Shown here: one piece after another, positions 31,161 to 41,824 of the stretch
How the letters are laid out: every line of letters starts with the position of its first letter
Numbering within the stretch: position 1 is the first letter of the stretch
Source of the DNA: Promethearchaeota archaeon
GTDB lineage: Archaea; Asgardarchaeota; Lokiarchaeia; Sigyniarchaeales; SOKP01
Length of the DNA stretch: 64,000 bases
Direction of reading: 5' to 3'
NCBI GenBank assembly: GCA_019058245.1
Contig: JAHPZJ010000030.1
Location: 96,001 to 160,000 of the forward strand
Notes under the pieces: model-generated
The model's input: only the letters and a program-made list of their open reading frames with translations
Databases searched by the model: none
What the model was told of the DNA's origin: nothing
Position numbers and translations under genes: made by a program

Positions 31161-32462
31161 ATGAATCAATTAGGACCTAAAAAAAATAAATACAATAAAA
31201 TTTTATTGATGTATTCTGGTGGTCTGGATACTTCTTGCATGATAAAATGGTTACAAGATAAATACAGTTCTGAAGTTTATACCTTTACAGCCGATCTCGG
31301 TCAAGAATTCGTAGATCCATCCAGATTTGAGGAAATAGAAGAAAAAGCATATAATTTAGGGGTTAAAAAACATTACACCATTGATTTAAAAGAGAAATTT
31401 GTATGTGATTATCTTTTTCCAACTATTAAAGCAAATGGTTTGTATCAGGGAATATATCCTTTAAGTACGGCAGTAGGAAGACCCTTAATAGCTATTGAAG
31501 CGATAAAAATTGCAAGACAAGAAAAAATTGAAGCAATAGCTCATGGATGCACAGGTAAAGGAAATGATCAAATAAGGTTTAATGTTACAATGAGAGCTTA
31601 TGCTCCTAATATTGAGATATTGCAACCAATAATAGAATGGAATATGGGTAGAGATGAAGAAATTAAATATGCTCAACTCCATGAAATTCCTATTCAAAAA
31701 CAAAACAAAAAATATAGTGTTGATGAGAATCTTTTTGGACGAAGTGTAGAATGTGATGTTTTAGAATATCCAGAAATTGAACCCCCGGAGGATTGTTATT
31801 CTTGGACAGTATCACCAGAAAATGCTCCTGATAATCCGGAATACATTCAAATTCATTTTGAAAAAGGAATGCCAATCCAATTAAATGATAAAAGTTTAAA
31901 TTGTGTTGATTTAATTAGAGAACTTCATAATATTGGTTGTAAACATGGAATTGGTAGAGTTAATCATATGGAAGATCGAGCAATTGGATTAAAATCAAGA
32001 GAAATATATGAAATTCCCGCGGCGTTAATTTTAATTAAAGCACATAAAGATCTTGAAAAATTTGTTTGTACCAAGCATGAGAATTCGTTTAAAACGATAG
32101 TAGACCAAAGATGGACAGAATTAGCTTATGAAGGATTATGGGTAGATCCATTAAGAGATGCTTTGGAAGCATTTATTAATGTTATAAATGAAAAAGTAAC
32201 AGGAGAAGTAAAAGTGAAACTTTTCAAAGGGAGTGCTAGTGTGGTTTCAAGGGAATCTCCTTATGGCCTCTATGATATAAATTTAGCTACATATGATACC
32301 AAGAGTACATTCAATCAAAAATTGAGTTATGGATTCATTCCAATATGGGGATTACAAAGTGAGATTGGTTTTCAAGTCAGAAATACTGCTAAATCAATAA
32401 CAGGATCTACAAATAATGACCAAATGGAGGAGGTAATAAAATATGAAACTAAAAAAGAATAA
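31161..32462 (+). CDS. argG: Argininosuccinate synthase
   Basis: YSGGLDTS, HGCTGKGNDQIRF, YSVDENL, GLKSREIYE. Confidence 0.96.
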   Translation: MNQLGPKKNKYNKILLMYSGGLDTSCMIKWLQDKYSSEVYTFTADLGQEFVDPSRFEEIEEKAYNLGVKKHYTIDLKEKFVCDYLFPTIKANGLYQGIYPLSTAVGRPLIAIEAIKIARQEKIEAIAHGCTGKGNDQIRFNVTMRAYAPNIEILQPIIEWNMGRDEEIKYAQLHEIPIQKQNKKYSVDENLFGRSVECDVLEYPEIEPPEDCYSWTVSPENAPDNPEYIQIHFEKGMPIQLNDKSLNCVDLIRELHNIGCKHGIGRVNHMEDRAIGLKSREIYEIPAALILIKAHKDLEKFVCTKHENSFKTIVDQRWTELAYEGLWVDPLRDALEAFINVINEKVTGEVKVKLFKGSASVVSRESPYGLYDINLATYDTKSTFNQKLSYGFIPIWGLQSEIGFQVRNTAKSITGSTNNDQMEEVIKYETKKE

Positions 32463-32781
32463 TAAAGATGTTAAAAATAATAAAAATACATATAAATTGT
32501 ATTATAGAGGGTATATCCTAATTCGCTTAAAAGTGATTGGTTCTGAATGGAAAGTTGTTGATAAACTCAAGGGCTTAAAATCAACAGATCCAGGAGAAGA
32601 TTGGAATATAACATATGCTACTCCAGTTTATGGGGGATGGGATGTTATGGTAGAATGCTCATTTAGTAGACTGAGAGATTTAGATAAAATTGTTACCTTT
32701 TGTAGAGTTGATAAAGATTTATCTCAATGGATTGAAGAAACAACTACTCTAATGGGTTCTAAAAATGATTACCCTGGGTAG
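32443..32781 (+). CDS. Stand-alone Lrp/AsnC ligand-binding (RAM) domain protein
   Basis: GYILI...VYGGWDVMV...LRDLDKIV...ETTTL pattern, no HTH; overlaps argG by 20 nt, SD GGAGGAGG. Confidence 0.7.
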   Translation: MKLKKNNKDVKNNKNTYKLYYRGYILIRLKVIGSEWKVVDKLKGLKSTDPGEDWNITYATPVYGGWDVMVECSFSRLRDLDKIVTFCRVDKDLSQWIEETTTLMGSKNDYPG

Positions 32782-32942
32782 CTTTCTTTTATTATTGTCA
32801 TTAAACATATGATAAATTATCAAATGAATCAGTATCAAAACTCAAATCTGTTTCAGATACAATTTTATATACAAAAAAAAAGATGAAAAATTAAAAAGTA
32901 TTATAAATATAAATAGAGAAACAGAATTGCTTTTCCATTCAA

Positions 32943-34277
32943 TTATTTTATAATAGCCTGTTTTTTAAACTCCTCGATCTCATTTTCACTATAACCAAAC
33001 TGTTCTAAAACAGAAACCGAATCCTCTCCTAAAGTTGGGGCACCTTTTCTGGGTTTAACCGGGGTTTTTGAGAACCTAATCGGGGTACTGATCATCTTAT
33101 AAGCACCATGTTCACTATTTTCAAGATTGCACATCATATTCATGGCCTTCACTTGAGGATCATAGAATAGATCCACACTGTAATTTACTTGTCCACAAGG
33201 AACACCAGCGCTTTCCAGAGCTTCGATCCATTCCTGATTTGTTTTTTCTCGAAAACGTCTTTCAATCTGATGTGTTAGATCCTTTTGATGATTGATAATC
33301 TCATCAGTTATTTCACTAAAGTCAACCCCAGCTCCCTTATCATAAATATCTATTACTTTATTTACAATTTTTCTCTGCCGGCTGGTGACCGCAGCAATGC
33401 TAATAAAACCATTAGCAGTTTCGTAAATCCGATAGTAGGGAAAAAAATACCTGTCTGCGGGTCTATGATTACAATCTGGAACATCAATTATTCTGGTTGA
33501 ATCAGGTCTATCATATCGTCGTTTTAAGTATACTAACGCGTCAATAATTTCTGTATGTGACTTTTCCTCCTGAAAAGCGTTGCTTAAAAGATCCAATTCT
33601 TCTTTATATCTTTCCTTATCTAATTTTTCGATGTTCACGACGCTTGTGAGCTGTAAAGCCAAAGCAGTGGTAAAAAGTGATGTTTCAATTTTTTGACCCT
33701 CGCCAGTCTTTATTCTGGTAAAAAGAGCAGCCACAGCGCTAAGGGTATTGAGTATAGCAGTACAGATATCAATGTACGCAATTCCTCCTGGTCCCTTAGG
33801 ATTACCGTCTTCATCTGCATAATAAGCCATAATGCCAGAAGCTGCATGTGCAATAAGATCTAATCCTCTACGATTTTTATAGGGTCCAATTTCTCCAAAT
33901 GCCGTACTTGAGATGAAAATCAACTTTTTATTAATGGTTGATAGAGTATCATAATCAATCCCAAGTTTTTTAGCGACTCCAGGGGTGTAATTTTGAAGTA
34001 CAACATCAGCTTTTTCAACAAGCCGATAGATAATCTTTTTAGCTGCTTTCTTTCTAATATCCAGGCAAAGACTTTTCTTATTCCTATTCATCGTCAAGGA
34101 AGATCTTGTATTACCTTTATAAATTTTAGAAGGCCCCCATCTTCTTTCTTCGGATCCATCAGGAGGTTCGATTTTTATTACCTCTGCACCCAAATCCCCA
34201 AGGAGGCCTCCACAATATGGACCGGCAATGTATTCAGAAAAATCTAAGACAATTATACCATCTAAAATCCCACTCAT
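32943..34277 (-). CDS. Family III CoA-transferase (CaiB/BaiF)
   Basis: VLDFS..IAGP, LGAEVIKIEPP.G, NRNKKSL, NYTPG, GEGQKIETSL, APTLGE. Confidence 0.93.
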   Translation of the reverse strand: MSGILDGIIVLDFSEYIAGPYCGGLLGDLGAEVIKIEPPDGSEERRWGPSKIYKGNTRSSLTMNRNKKSLCLDIRKKAAKKIIYRLVEKADVVLQNYTPGVAKKLGIDYDTLSTINKKLIFISSTAFGEIGPYKNRRGLDLIAHAASGIMAYYADEDGNPKGPGGIAYIDICTAILNTLSAVAALFTRIKTGEGQKIETSLFTTALALQLTSVVNIEKLDKERYKEELDLLSNAFQEEKSHTEIIDALVYLKRRYDRPDSTRIIDVPDCNHRPADRYFFPYYRIYETANGFISIAAVTSRQRKIVNKVIDIYDKGAGVDFSEITDEIINHQKDLTHQIERRFREKTNQEWIEALESAGVPCGQVNYSVDLFYDPQVKAMNMMCNLENSEHGAYKMISTPIRFSKTPVKPRKGAPTLGEDSVSVLEQFGYSENEIEEFKKQAIIK

Positions 34278-34469
34278 TTACTATCTTCTCTTTTATTAAT
34301 AAAAATCATATTTAATAGATTGTTCAAAGAGTAGATTATATATTCTTTCTCTTCAAAGTTCCTCTTTTTTAATTTTCTAAAAGTCCTAAAAGAGTTATAA
34401 AATAAAATTTTTTTATATTTTTTCTTTTTATATCATTGTTAAAGATTAAAGAGGCAAGACTCTTTAAAT

Positions 34470-35543
34470 TTAAGATAATTTCTTATCTTCAATTATTTTT
34501 AATTTACTTTTAGCTCCAATCTTTTTAAATTCACTAGGACTGATTTCTATATCTTTTCCGGTCAAAGCATTTACAATTGTTGCTGTTAATATTCCCCAAG
34601 GACAAATCGAATTAGATAATTCTTCTGGTCTCATATAAGACCGAACTATTGCGGTGGAACAATTAACAGATTCCACAGTAAATTCATTTTCAGAGATCCA
34701 CTCTAATTTAAGATTTTCAGCCATACCTATTTCAGAAAATTTTTCCATCGCAATTTCTAAAGCTTCGTTTAGATTATATTTTTTTAATTCGTTCAGATCA
34801 AGTCCAATTTGTTTAGAATATCTTTCCAAGAATTCATAAGTTTTAGGAAAAACGTACTTATATAAAACAGGAGTTCCAACAAGTTCTTTTGCACTTCCTT
34901 CATAACCAAATGTTATTCCGTGTAAAATCATAGCAACACCATGAAGGCTTGTCCTTTTTGTGGGTTCTCCATAAGTTTTATATTTAAATGCTTTTACTAA
35001 GATCAAAAGACATAAACCAATGAAAATTGAAATAATTATTGACACTAAATAATTTGGCATTATAAACGGATATGGAATCTTATTTATTGGATTTACATAA
35101 AAATAGAAATCAATATTACTAGTAAAATAACTTAATGCCCATCCCGCAAATCCAATTGGACCGATAATCTTTCCATATTCATATATAAAATCTTTTTTGA
35201 ATCTAGCAATAATAAACTTGATTGTAAACAATACAAATGCTATAATACCACCTAAAAATGTATGCCAAAATACAGTATTAATAAAAAATACTTCAAAATC
35301 ACTTGGATTTAACCGGGGTATTACTCCAAAGTAAATACAAAGTATTGTCAATAAGTAAAAAATTAATGCTGCAGTCCATCCAAACCTTTTATGTGCTTTT
35401 ACTTCTAACAAGGTTAATTCTTTTAAATTCCTTATATGTGAAAGTCCAATAAAAAAATTAGCTAAAGCTAGCCCAAATCCAATTGTCGAAAGATACAGCA
35501 TAAAATGATTTAGGAATTCCATAAATGGTATTTGTAATATCAT
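34470..35543 (-). CDS. Membrane protein with C-terminal V4R-like soluble domain
   Basis: About 5 TM with His residues; C-terminal NCS..ICPWG motif. Confidence 0.6.
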   Translation of the reverse strand: MILQIPFMEFLNHFMLYLSTIGFGLALANFFIGLSHIRNLKELTLLEVKAHKRFGWTAALIFYLLTILCIYFGVIPRLNPSDFEVFFINTVFWHTFLGGIIAFVLFTIKFIIARFKKDFIYEYGKIIGPIGFAGWALSYFTSNIDFYFYVNPINKIPYPFIMPNYLVSIIISIFIGLCLLILVKAFKYKTYGEPTKRTSLHGVAMILHGITFGYEGSAKELVGTPVLYKYVFPKTYEFLERYSKQIGLDLNELKKYNLNEALEIAMEKFSEIGMAENLKLEWISENEFTVESVNCSTAIVRSYMRPEELSNSICPWGILTATIVNALTGKDIEISPSEFKKIGAKSKLKIIEDKKLS

Positions 35544-35664
35544 TTTAATATCCCATTTAATTTATTAAAAATTATTATTATTAACTTGTTTAATTAAAAT
35601 TTAAGAATAATTTCCATTATAATATTATTGTATTTAAAACTAATGCTTAAATGGTAAAGATAAA

Positions 35665-36771
35665 CTACTTAACTTGAAGGAATATTTTATAGCAGATATC
35701 TTGTATTATTTCAAATGTATTTATTTCATTAATATTTCCTATCATAGTTAAAACCATATTATTAAAATTCATACAGATCGTAGTTATTTTTTCTCCTCCA
35801 AGAGAGGTGTTAAATAAAGCTCTATTATAGGTTTCTTCACTTACTTTTTTTGCAGATGTTAAAACACTAATTGTTTCAGGAATATAATCTGTACAGTCAT
35901 ATTTATCATCAAATATTTTTGAGTAAAGTATTTTACCAACCAAATCTACAAGAAAGATTTGCTTAATCCTGGAATCCCATATCAAATTCTCAAATTTTTC
36001 TACTATTTTCTTTGGTTTTTTAATATATTTATCTTTTGTCTTGAAGAAATCTAATGCCAAGAAATCATTCTCAATGTTTTCTGGTAATTGATATTGTTTA
36101 ACAATAATTATTTTGCTTCTAATTTCTACCACTATATTTTCATTTCTAATTGTCGTTAATAGTATCCAATTTACATTCTCATTGAGGTTATTTTTGTATA
36201 ATAATTGCCCGGAATTAACTATTAGCGGAATAAGGAAACTTATTTTTTCTTTATTTACAAATTGTTTCGCATGAATATAATAAATATTTCCTCCTTTTGG
36301 GTCAAGAAAAACAATTGATTTAAGGGCTTCTCCATCATCAATTTGTTTAATAGAATCGTTTAAGGAATCCAGTCCTCGAGAATAAATAACTTTTCTTAAA
36401 ATTTCATGAAAGATTTTATATTTTGAAACTTCACCATCAAATTCTATATTTAAATATTCTTTAAAAGTCGTAGTGAATATATCCATAATATCATGAACAA
36501 TTGAATGTAATAATTCTATTAATTCTTCATTTTTAGTAGTAACTACAAAAGTAAGTTTCTGTACGAGGTTGGAACTTTTCTCAAAAATAATATGGGTTTC
36601 CTTTAATTGGAGGGATTTTATATCTTCTCCTCTTTCAATACTCGCAAAACTATTTATAGCTGTAAGGAATCCACTAATAAGATCATCATCTTTAATTTCT
36701 GCACTTTCTTCCCAATGCCAACTAAATAGTAATTGCCCTGTATCGTTAATTATAAATAAATCATCTAGCAT
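35665..36771 (-). CDS. Longin domain plus two roadblock-like domains
   Basis: LFIINDTGQLLF..LISGFLTAINSF (longin), then two I.F(L/V)D..G.I.Y units of about 110 aa. Confidence 0.65.
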   Translation of the reverse strand: MLDDLFIINDTGQLLFSWHWEESAEIKDDDLISGFLTAINSFASIERGEDIKSLQLKETHIIFEKSSNLVQKLTFVVTTKNEELIELLHSIVHDIMDIFTTTFKEYLNIEFDGEVSKYKIFHEILRKVIYSRGLDSLNDSIKQIDDGEALKSIVFLDPKGGNIYYIHAKQFVNKEKISFLIPLIVNSGQLLYKNNLNENVNWILLTTIRNENIVVEIRSKIIIVKQYQLPENIENDFLALDFFKTKDKYIKKPKKIVEKFENLIWDSRIKQIFLVDLVGKILYSKIFDDKYDCTDYIPETISVLTSAKKVSEETYNRALFNTSLGGEKITTICMNFNNMVLTMIGNINEINTFEIIQDICYKIFLQVK

Positions 36772-37088
36772 ATTTAGAAATATTAATTTTTAAGTTAATA
36801 ATTAAATCTCTATTTAATTGTATAATTATAGAATTTTTTTAAGATTTGTAAGTTTTTTCCTTTATTGAAGTCAATCATCTTTCAATACTATTATTAAAAT
36901 TCTCAATATGAAATATTTATTTAAACTTTATCCTTTATTTTCAAACATCTATTTTTAGGTTGTAAAATTTCGTAAAAAAAAAGCTTAAATATAATTTCTA
37001 CTATAAAGTAGATAAAATAATTCTTAATGAATTGCTAAAGAATTTAAATTAACTAACTTCTGAATTTTTATTGAATTAATTTAATAAA

Positions 37089-37784
37089 ATGAGAAAGGAA
37101 AGAGGTGTAATATTTATTTCTCAAGATGATATGGAAGATCTAACAACAAACCTAGATAATAAGGTTGTAAAAGCTTTACAGAACAAGGTTGATTCATATG
37201 AAAAAGAGATCGGCGAATTAAAAGGGATCTTGGAAAAGAAAGATGAAGAATACGCAAATTTAGCAAAAACTAAAGAAAAACTGAATTCTGAATTAGAGGA
37301 ACTTCGAGGAAAACTTACAGATTTAAAAAGTAAATCCGCTAACCTTGAAAAATTAAATAGTGAAGTGTACGATTTAAAGAAAACAATTACTTTGAAAGAT
37401 GACGAAATCAATAAATTAAAAACTGAAGTGGATGAATCTAAACCTAAAGTTACAGAATTAACCAAAAACAATGAAGCGTTAAATAATAGTATTGCTGAAA
37501 AGGAATCTAAAATTAAAGAATTAACGGATACTATAGCAGAAAAAGAAAATGCACTTAATGAACAAAACAGTAGATTAGAAAAAGTAGAAACGGAATTATC
37601 AGCTCTACAGCCAACAGCACCAGTTGATTATTCAACTGAGGAACGATTAGTCTGTCCAAGTTGTGGTGCGAGAGGAAAGGATCTAAAGGTTGAAGAAGAT
37701 AAAAGTAAAATCCTAAGCTATATTGGACATTCCCCCATGTATTCTAAAACCAATGTCTGTAAGAAATGTGGTTATAAGTTTTAA
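37089..37784 (+). CDS. Coiled-coil protein with C-terminal zinc ribbon
   Basis: About 150 aa of heptads, then CPSCG...CKKCGYKF; start codon uncertain. Confidence 0.8.
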   Translation: MRKERGVIFISQDDMEDLTTNLDNKVVKALQNKVDSYEKEIGELKGILEKKDEEYANLAKTKEKLNSELEELRGKLTDLKSKSANLEKLNSEVYDLKKTITLKDDEINKLKTEVDESKPKVTELTKNNEALNNSIAEKESKIKELTDTIAEKENALNEQNSRLEKVETELSALQPTAPVDYSTEERLVCPSCGARGKDLKVEEDKSKILSYIGHSPMYSKTNVCKKCGYKF

Positions 37785-37966
37785 TTAATTTTAAGTTAAA
37801 CTCGTATTTGAGCAAAAAGGTGCAAGATATATAAAAAAGAATTTCTTTTTTTATTTTTTTTATCTAATACGAGATAATGCTAAAATTTAGAATTTTTTAT
37901 TAAATAAAACTAGAAAAATTATATTTCAGTTAGAATTTATTAAAACTCTGCTATCTATGAAATCTA

Positions 37967-39469
37967 CTAAAATCGAACTTTTATATCTCTCTTATGAAGA
38001 TAAGATTTTAAATCCTTGATTTTTATTGTCTTTGTATGGAACAAAGATGCTGCTAAGACCGCTTCTGCCCCAGCTTTAATAGCTTCATAAAAATGTTCAT
38101 AATTACCTGCTCCACCCGAAGCAATTAATGGTACTGATATCACATTGGTGAGATTTTGAATTAATTTAAAGTCATAACCTAATTGAGTCCCATCTCGATC
38201 CATACTAGTAACAAGTAGTTCCCCTGCACCCCTTTCAACAACTTCTTTTGCCCATTCTATTGCATCTAATCCTGTTGATTCTGTACCCGCCTTTATATAT
38301 ACTTCCCAAGTATCTGCTTTTTTCTTTACGTCAATTGCACACACAATAGACTGACTTCCAAACTTTTGAGCACCTTCAGTTATAACTTTGGGATTATCTA
38401 CGGCAGCAGTGTTAATACTTACTTTTTCTGCCCCTGTATTAATGATATTTGTTATATCATTCAAATTTCTAATACCGCCTCCTACTGTAAAAGGAATATA
38501 TACTTCTTCAGCAACCTTTCTCAAAGTTTGATACAATATTGATCGTTTTTCTAAGGTTGCAGAAATGTCTAGAAATACTAATTCATCCGCACCTTCTGAA
38601 TTATAGAATCTAGATAATTCTACAGGGTCTCCACTATCCTTCAAGTTGAGGTATTGTACACCCTTTACTACTCTTCCATCTTTAATATCAAGGCATGGCA
38701 CTATCCTTTTTGCTAAATTGGTTGGGTCATACTTTTTTGTTAAATCTCTTAAATTTTTATTACTTAATTTATTACTATAAAACGCTTTTCCAATAATAAC
38801 ACCATCTGCATAGTGTAGAACTTGATTAATATCATTTAAATTGCTTATTCCACCAGAAGCAATTACTTTGGTGTCTGGATGTTTAATATTTGAAATATTC
38901 TTGTATATCTCAAAATTAGGGCCTTCTAAAGTTCCATCACGTGATACATCGGTTATTATAAAGTTTGAAACACCTTGTTCTTCTAAATTCTTAAACTGAG
39001 ATTCTAAAGTAATATTTGTATCTTCAAGCCAACCCTTTATCCTCAAATTACCATTGAGAACATCTAGTGCAACTATTATATCATTATTATATTTTTTCAT
39101 TAAATTCCTAAAAAGAGTTTGATTTTCAATAGCAATAGTCCCAATAATAACCTTATAAAGCCCTAGACCTAATAATTCTCTAATAGTTCTTTCAGTCCTG
39201 ATTCCCCCTCCTAGTTGAATTTTTGAGCCCCATTTCTTACTTTCTTCTATCAAAGATCTTATAACTTCATAATTTGGTCCATTCTCAAATTCACCTGATT
39301 TTGCTCCATTTAAATTTATAACGTGTATCTGCTCGATCCCTTGATTAAAAAAATTCTTAAGTAATTCAACAGGTCTTTTAGAATAATTATTAATTTTATC
39401 AAAATCTCCTTTATATAACCTAACAACATTACCATTTAACAAATCAATAGCAGGAATTATTTTTTTCAT
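37967..39469 (-). CDS. hisA-hisF: Fused HisA (ProFAR isomerase) - HisF (imidazole glycerol phosphate synthase cyclase subunit)
   Basis: N-half [27 protein letters not shown]; C-half [34 protein letters not shown]. Confidence 0.94.
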   Translation of the reverse strand: MKKIIPAIDLLNGNVVRLYKGDFDKINNYSKRPVELLKNFFNQGIEQIHVINLNGAKSGEFENGPNYEVIRSLIEESKKWGSKIQLGGGIRTERTIRELLGLGLYKVIIGTIAIENQTLFRNLMKKYNNDIIVALDVLNGNLRIKGWLEDTNITLESQFKNLEEQGVSNFIITDVSRDGTLEGPNFEIYKNISNIKHPDTKVIASGGISNLNDINQVLHYADGVIIGKAFYSNKLSNKNLRDLTKKYDPTNLAKRIVPCLDIKDGRVVKGVQYLNLKDSGDPVELSRFYNSEGADELVFLDISATLEKRSILYQTLRKVAEEVYIPFTVGGGIRNLNDITNIINTGAEKVSINTAAVDNPKVITEGAQKFGSQSIVCAIDVKKKADTWEVYIKAGTESTGLDAIEWAKEVVERGAGELLVTSMDRDGTQLGYDFKLIQNLTNVISVPLIASGGAGNYEHFYEAIKAGAEAVLAASLFHTKTIKIKDLKSYLHKRDIKVRF

Positions 39470-39476
39470 ATTATAA

Positions 39477-40070
39477 TCACCTCTTTATCAAGGAAATGAA
39501 ATATTTAATAATTCTATCACCTGCATCTTGACTTTTTTCTGGATGAAATTGGGTAGCTATTACGTGATCTTTTAGGATTATAACTGGAATAGAGATCCCA
39601 TGATTTACATAAGAGATTATAGTATTTTTATCATTGGGATTACAATAATATGAATGGTTAAAATAAACATAACCATAAAAATATGGTTTTGAAGATGGGA
39701 TTAATCTATTCCATCCAGTATGAGGAATTCTAATAGATTGATTTGGGGTTAATCTAATTACCTTTCCAGGGATGATATCTAATCCACTAATATCTAAAGA
39801 TTCTTCAGAATTTGAAAATAATAGTTGCATGCCTAAGCAGATACCCATTGTTGGAACAGTAAGAATAGAATCTTTTAATGGGGAGAACAATCCATTTTGT
39901 TTAAGTTCTTTAACAGCATCACCAAAAGCGCCTACTCCAGGGAGAATCAAACCTTTAGATTTCTCTATTAAATCTAGATCTCTTGAAATAATGACATCCG
40001 GATAAAATCTTTGAACACTTTTTTGAATCGACCGAAGATTGCCACTACCATAATCTATTATAGTAATCAT
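39477..40070 (-). CDS. hisH: Imidazole glycerol phosphate synthase glutaminase subunit
   Basis: IIDYGSGNL, PGVGAF, GICLGMQ, PHTGWN, QFHPEKS; start moved to ATG 40070. Confidence 0.95.
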   Translation of the reverse strand: MITIIDYGSGNLRSIQKSVQRFYPDVIISRDLDLIEKSKGLILPGVGAFGDAVKELKQNGLFSPLKDSILTVPTMGICLGMQLLFSNSEESLDISGLDIIPGKVIRLTPNQSIRIPHTGWNRLIPSSKPYFYGYVYFNHSYYCNPNDKNTIISYVNHGISIPVIILKDHVIATQFHPEKSQDAGDRIIKYFISLIKR

Positions 40071-40083
40071 GTTAAATACCAAA

Positions 40084-40689
40084 TTACAATATTCCTTTAC
40101 TTGAAGGAAGTTTTCGATTCCCTTTTGAATCAATTCTAGTGCTATAATCCAATGCTTTACCTAGAGATTTAAATATTGCTTCTGCAATATGATGGTTATT
40201 TTTACCATAGAGAACTCTAACATGGAGTGTTATTTGGGCATTAATTGAAAATGTATATAAAAAATGCTCTATTAAATCGACTGGGATTAAATTATCCTCC
40301 TTCGATCCTATAAACGGATTTGTCCAATTGATTTGCTTTTTAAAAAATGGTCTTGAAGAGATATCGATGGCAACAAATGCGAGGCACTCATCCATAGGAA
40401 AAAAACAATGTCCAACTCGTGTAATTCCAATTTTATTTCCTAAGGCTTTATTAAAAACTTTACCTAATACAATGGAGGTATCTTCAATGAGGTGATGATT
40501 ATCAACATTAAGATCACCCTCCGCAAAAATATTCATATCAAATTTTCCGTGAATAGCAATTTGGGTAAGAAGATGATCAAAAATACCGATTGAAGTCTCA
40601 ATTTTACAATCACCAACTCCATCAATATTAATTTCAATATTAATGCTTGTTTCCTTGGTTTTTCTTTCTAATTTAGCTTTTCTTTCCAT
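40084..40689 (-). CDS. hisB: Imidazoleglycerol-phosphate dehydratase (monofunctional)
   Basis: RKTKET, FDHLL, HH.IED, PMDE, NNHHIAE; ATG 40689 after GAGGAG. Confidence 0.96.
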   Translation of the reverse strand: MERKAKLERKTKETSINIEINIDGVGDCKIETSIGIFDHLLTQIAIHGKFDMNIFAEGDLNVDNHHLIEDTSIVLGKVFNKALGNKIGITRVGHCFFPMDECLAFVAIDISSRPFFKKQINWTNPFIGSKEDNLIPVDLIEHFLYTFSINAQITLHVRVLYGKNNHHIAEAIFKSLGKALDYSTRIDSKGNRKLPSSKGIL

Positions 40690-40690
40690 T

Positions 40691-41824
40691 TTAATTCTCC
40701 TCAAAATATGATTTTAATATTTCTATTACCTTTTTCATTTGTAAACTTGTACCTATTGAGATTCTCAAGCAATTTGAGAGTTCTGCTGTATAATTTCTTA
40801 CTTTAATTTTATTATTCAATAAATATTGATAAACTGAATCTGAAATTTCAGATGATTCAAATCTTAATAAAATAAAATTTGTCTGACTTGGATGTATATA
40901 AAAAATCTTATTATTCTTTCTTAAATTAAGAAGGTCCTTAAAAAATTCTTCTCGAATAGATATGATTTTTTTAATATTTGCTGAAATTTCATCTTTTTTA
41001 TCTAATAATAATAAACCATATTGCAAAGCTACATTATTTACATTAAAAGGGCTTTTTATACGAATTAATATTTCATTAATGGAAGGATTTGATATTGTAT
41101 AACCTAATCTTAATCCTGCGAGAGAATAAGACTTGCTAAATGATCGAGAGATAATTAAATTATCATAAGATTTGATTAAATCTACTGCACTCAGACCATC
41201 ACTGAAATCAATATAAGCTTCATCAATAATTACTAATTTTTTCAACATTAAAAGTTGTTTAATAAAATCAAGAGAGATTAACATTCCATCTGGATTATTT
41301 GGTCTAGATAAGATAATAATATTTGATGATTTAGCCCTCTTCATAAAATTGAGTTGATCTAAATCATATTCTGCAATACCCGTTGTTTCATTTATTGATA
41401 ATCTTAGCGGAAATGATTCATACTTTGCACCATTTATATTCGCAAAAAATTTATACATTGAAAACGTTGGATCAATGCTTAAAATAGTGGTTTTAGGTGT
41501 GGCATAGATCTTAATGATAAGACCTATAATTTCATTAGAGCCTGTTCCTGCTAAGAGATATGAAATAGGTAATTCTAGATCCTTTGATAGCTTATCTAAA
41601 AATGTATTAGCATTCAAATCTGGATAATTTTTTAAAATATTTAATGATTTTAAATTTGCTAAATCTCCTAAAGGTGGTACAAAAGGACTTTCATTTTTAT
41701 CTAAAAATATCATCTCATTTTCCTGGCTCGATTTATCTAAATATGAAAGTGAATCAAAATTTTGAGAATCTAAGTACTTCCTAATAATTTTAGAAGGCTT
41801 AATAGTGTAATTTTTTTTATCCAA
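40691..41824 (-). CDS. hisC: Histidinol-phosphate aminotransferase
   Basis: LDKNESP, PNNP.G, DEAY, RSFSKSYSLAGLRLG, RISIG. Confidence 0.93.
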   Translation of the reverse strand: MDKKNYTIKPSKIIRKYLDSQNFDSLSYLDKSSQENEMIFLDKNESPFVPPLGDLANLKSLNILKNYPDLNANTFLDKLSKDLELPISYLLAGTGSNEIIGLIIKIYATPKTTILSIDPTFSMYKFFANINGAKYESFPLRLSINETTGIAEYDLDQLNFMKRAKSSNIIILSRPNNPDGMLISLDFIKQLLMLKKLVIIDEAYIDFSDGLSAVDLIKSYDNLIISRSFSKSYSLAGLRLGYTISNPSINEILIRIKSPFNVNNVALQYGLLLLDKKDEISANIKKIISIREEFFKDLLNLRKNNKIFYIHPSQTNFILLRFESSEISDSVYQYLLNNKIKVRNYTAELSNCLRISIGTSLQMKKVIEILKSYFEEN

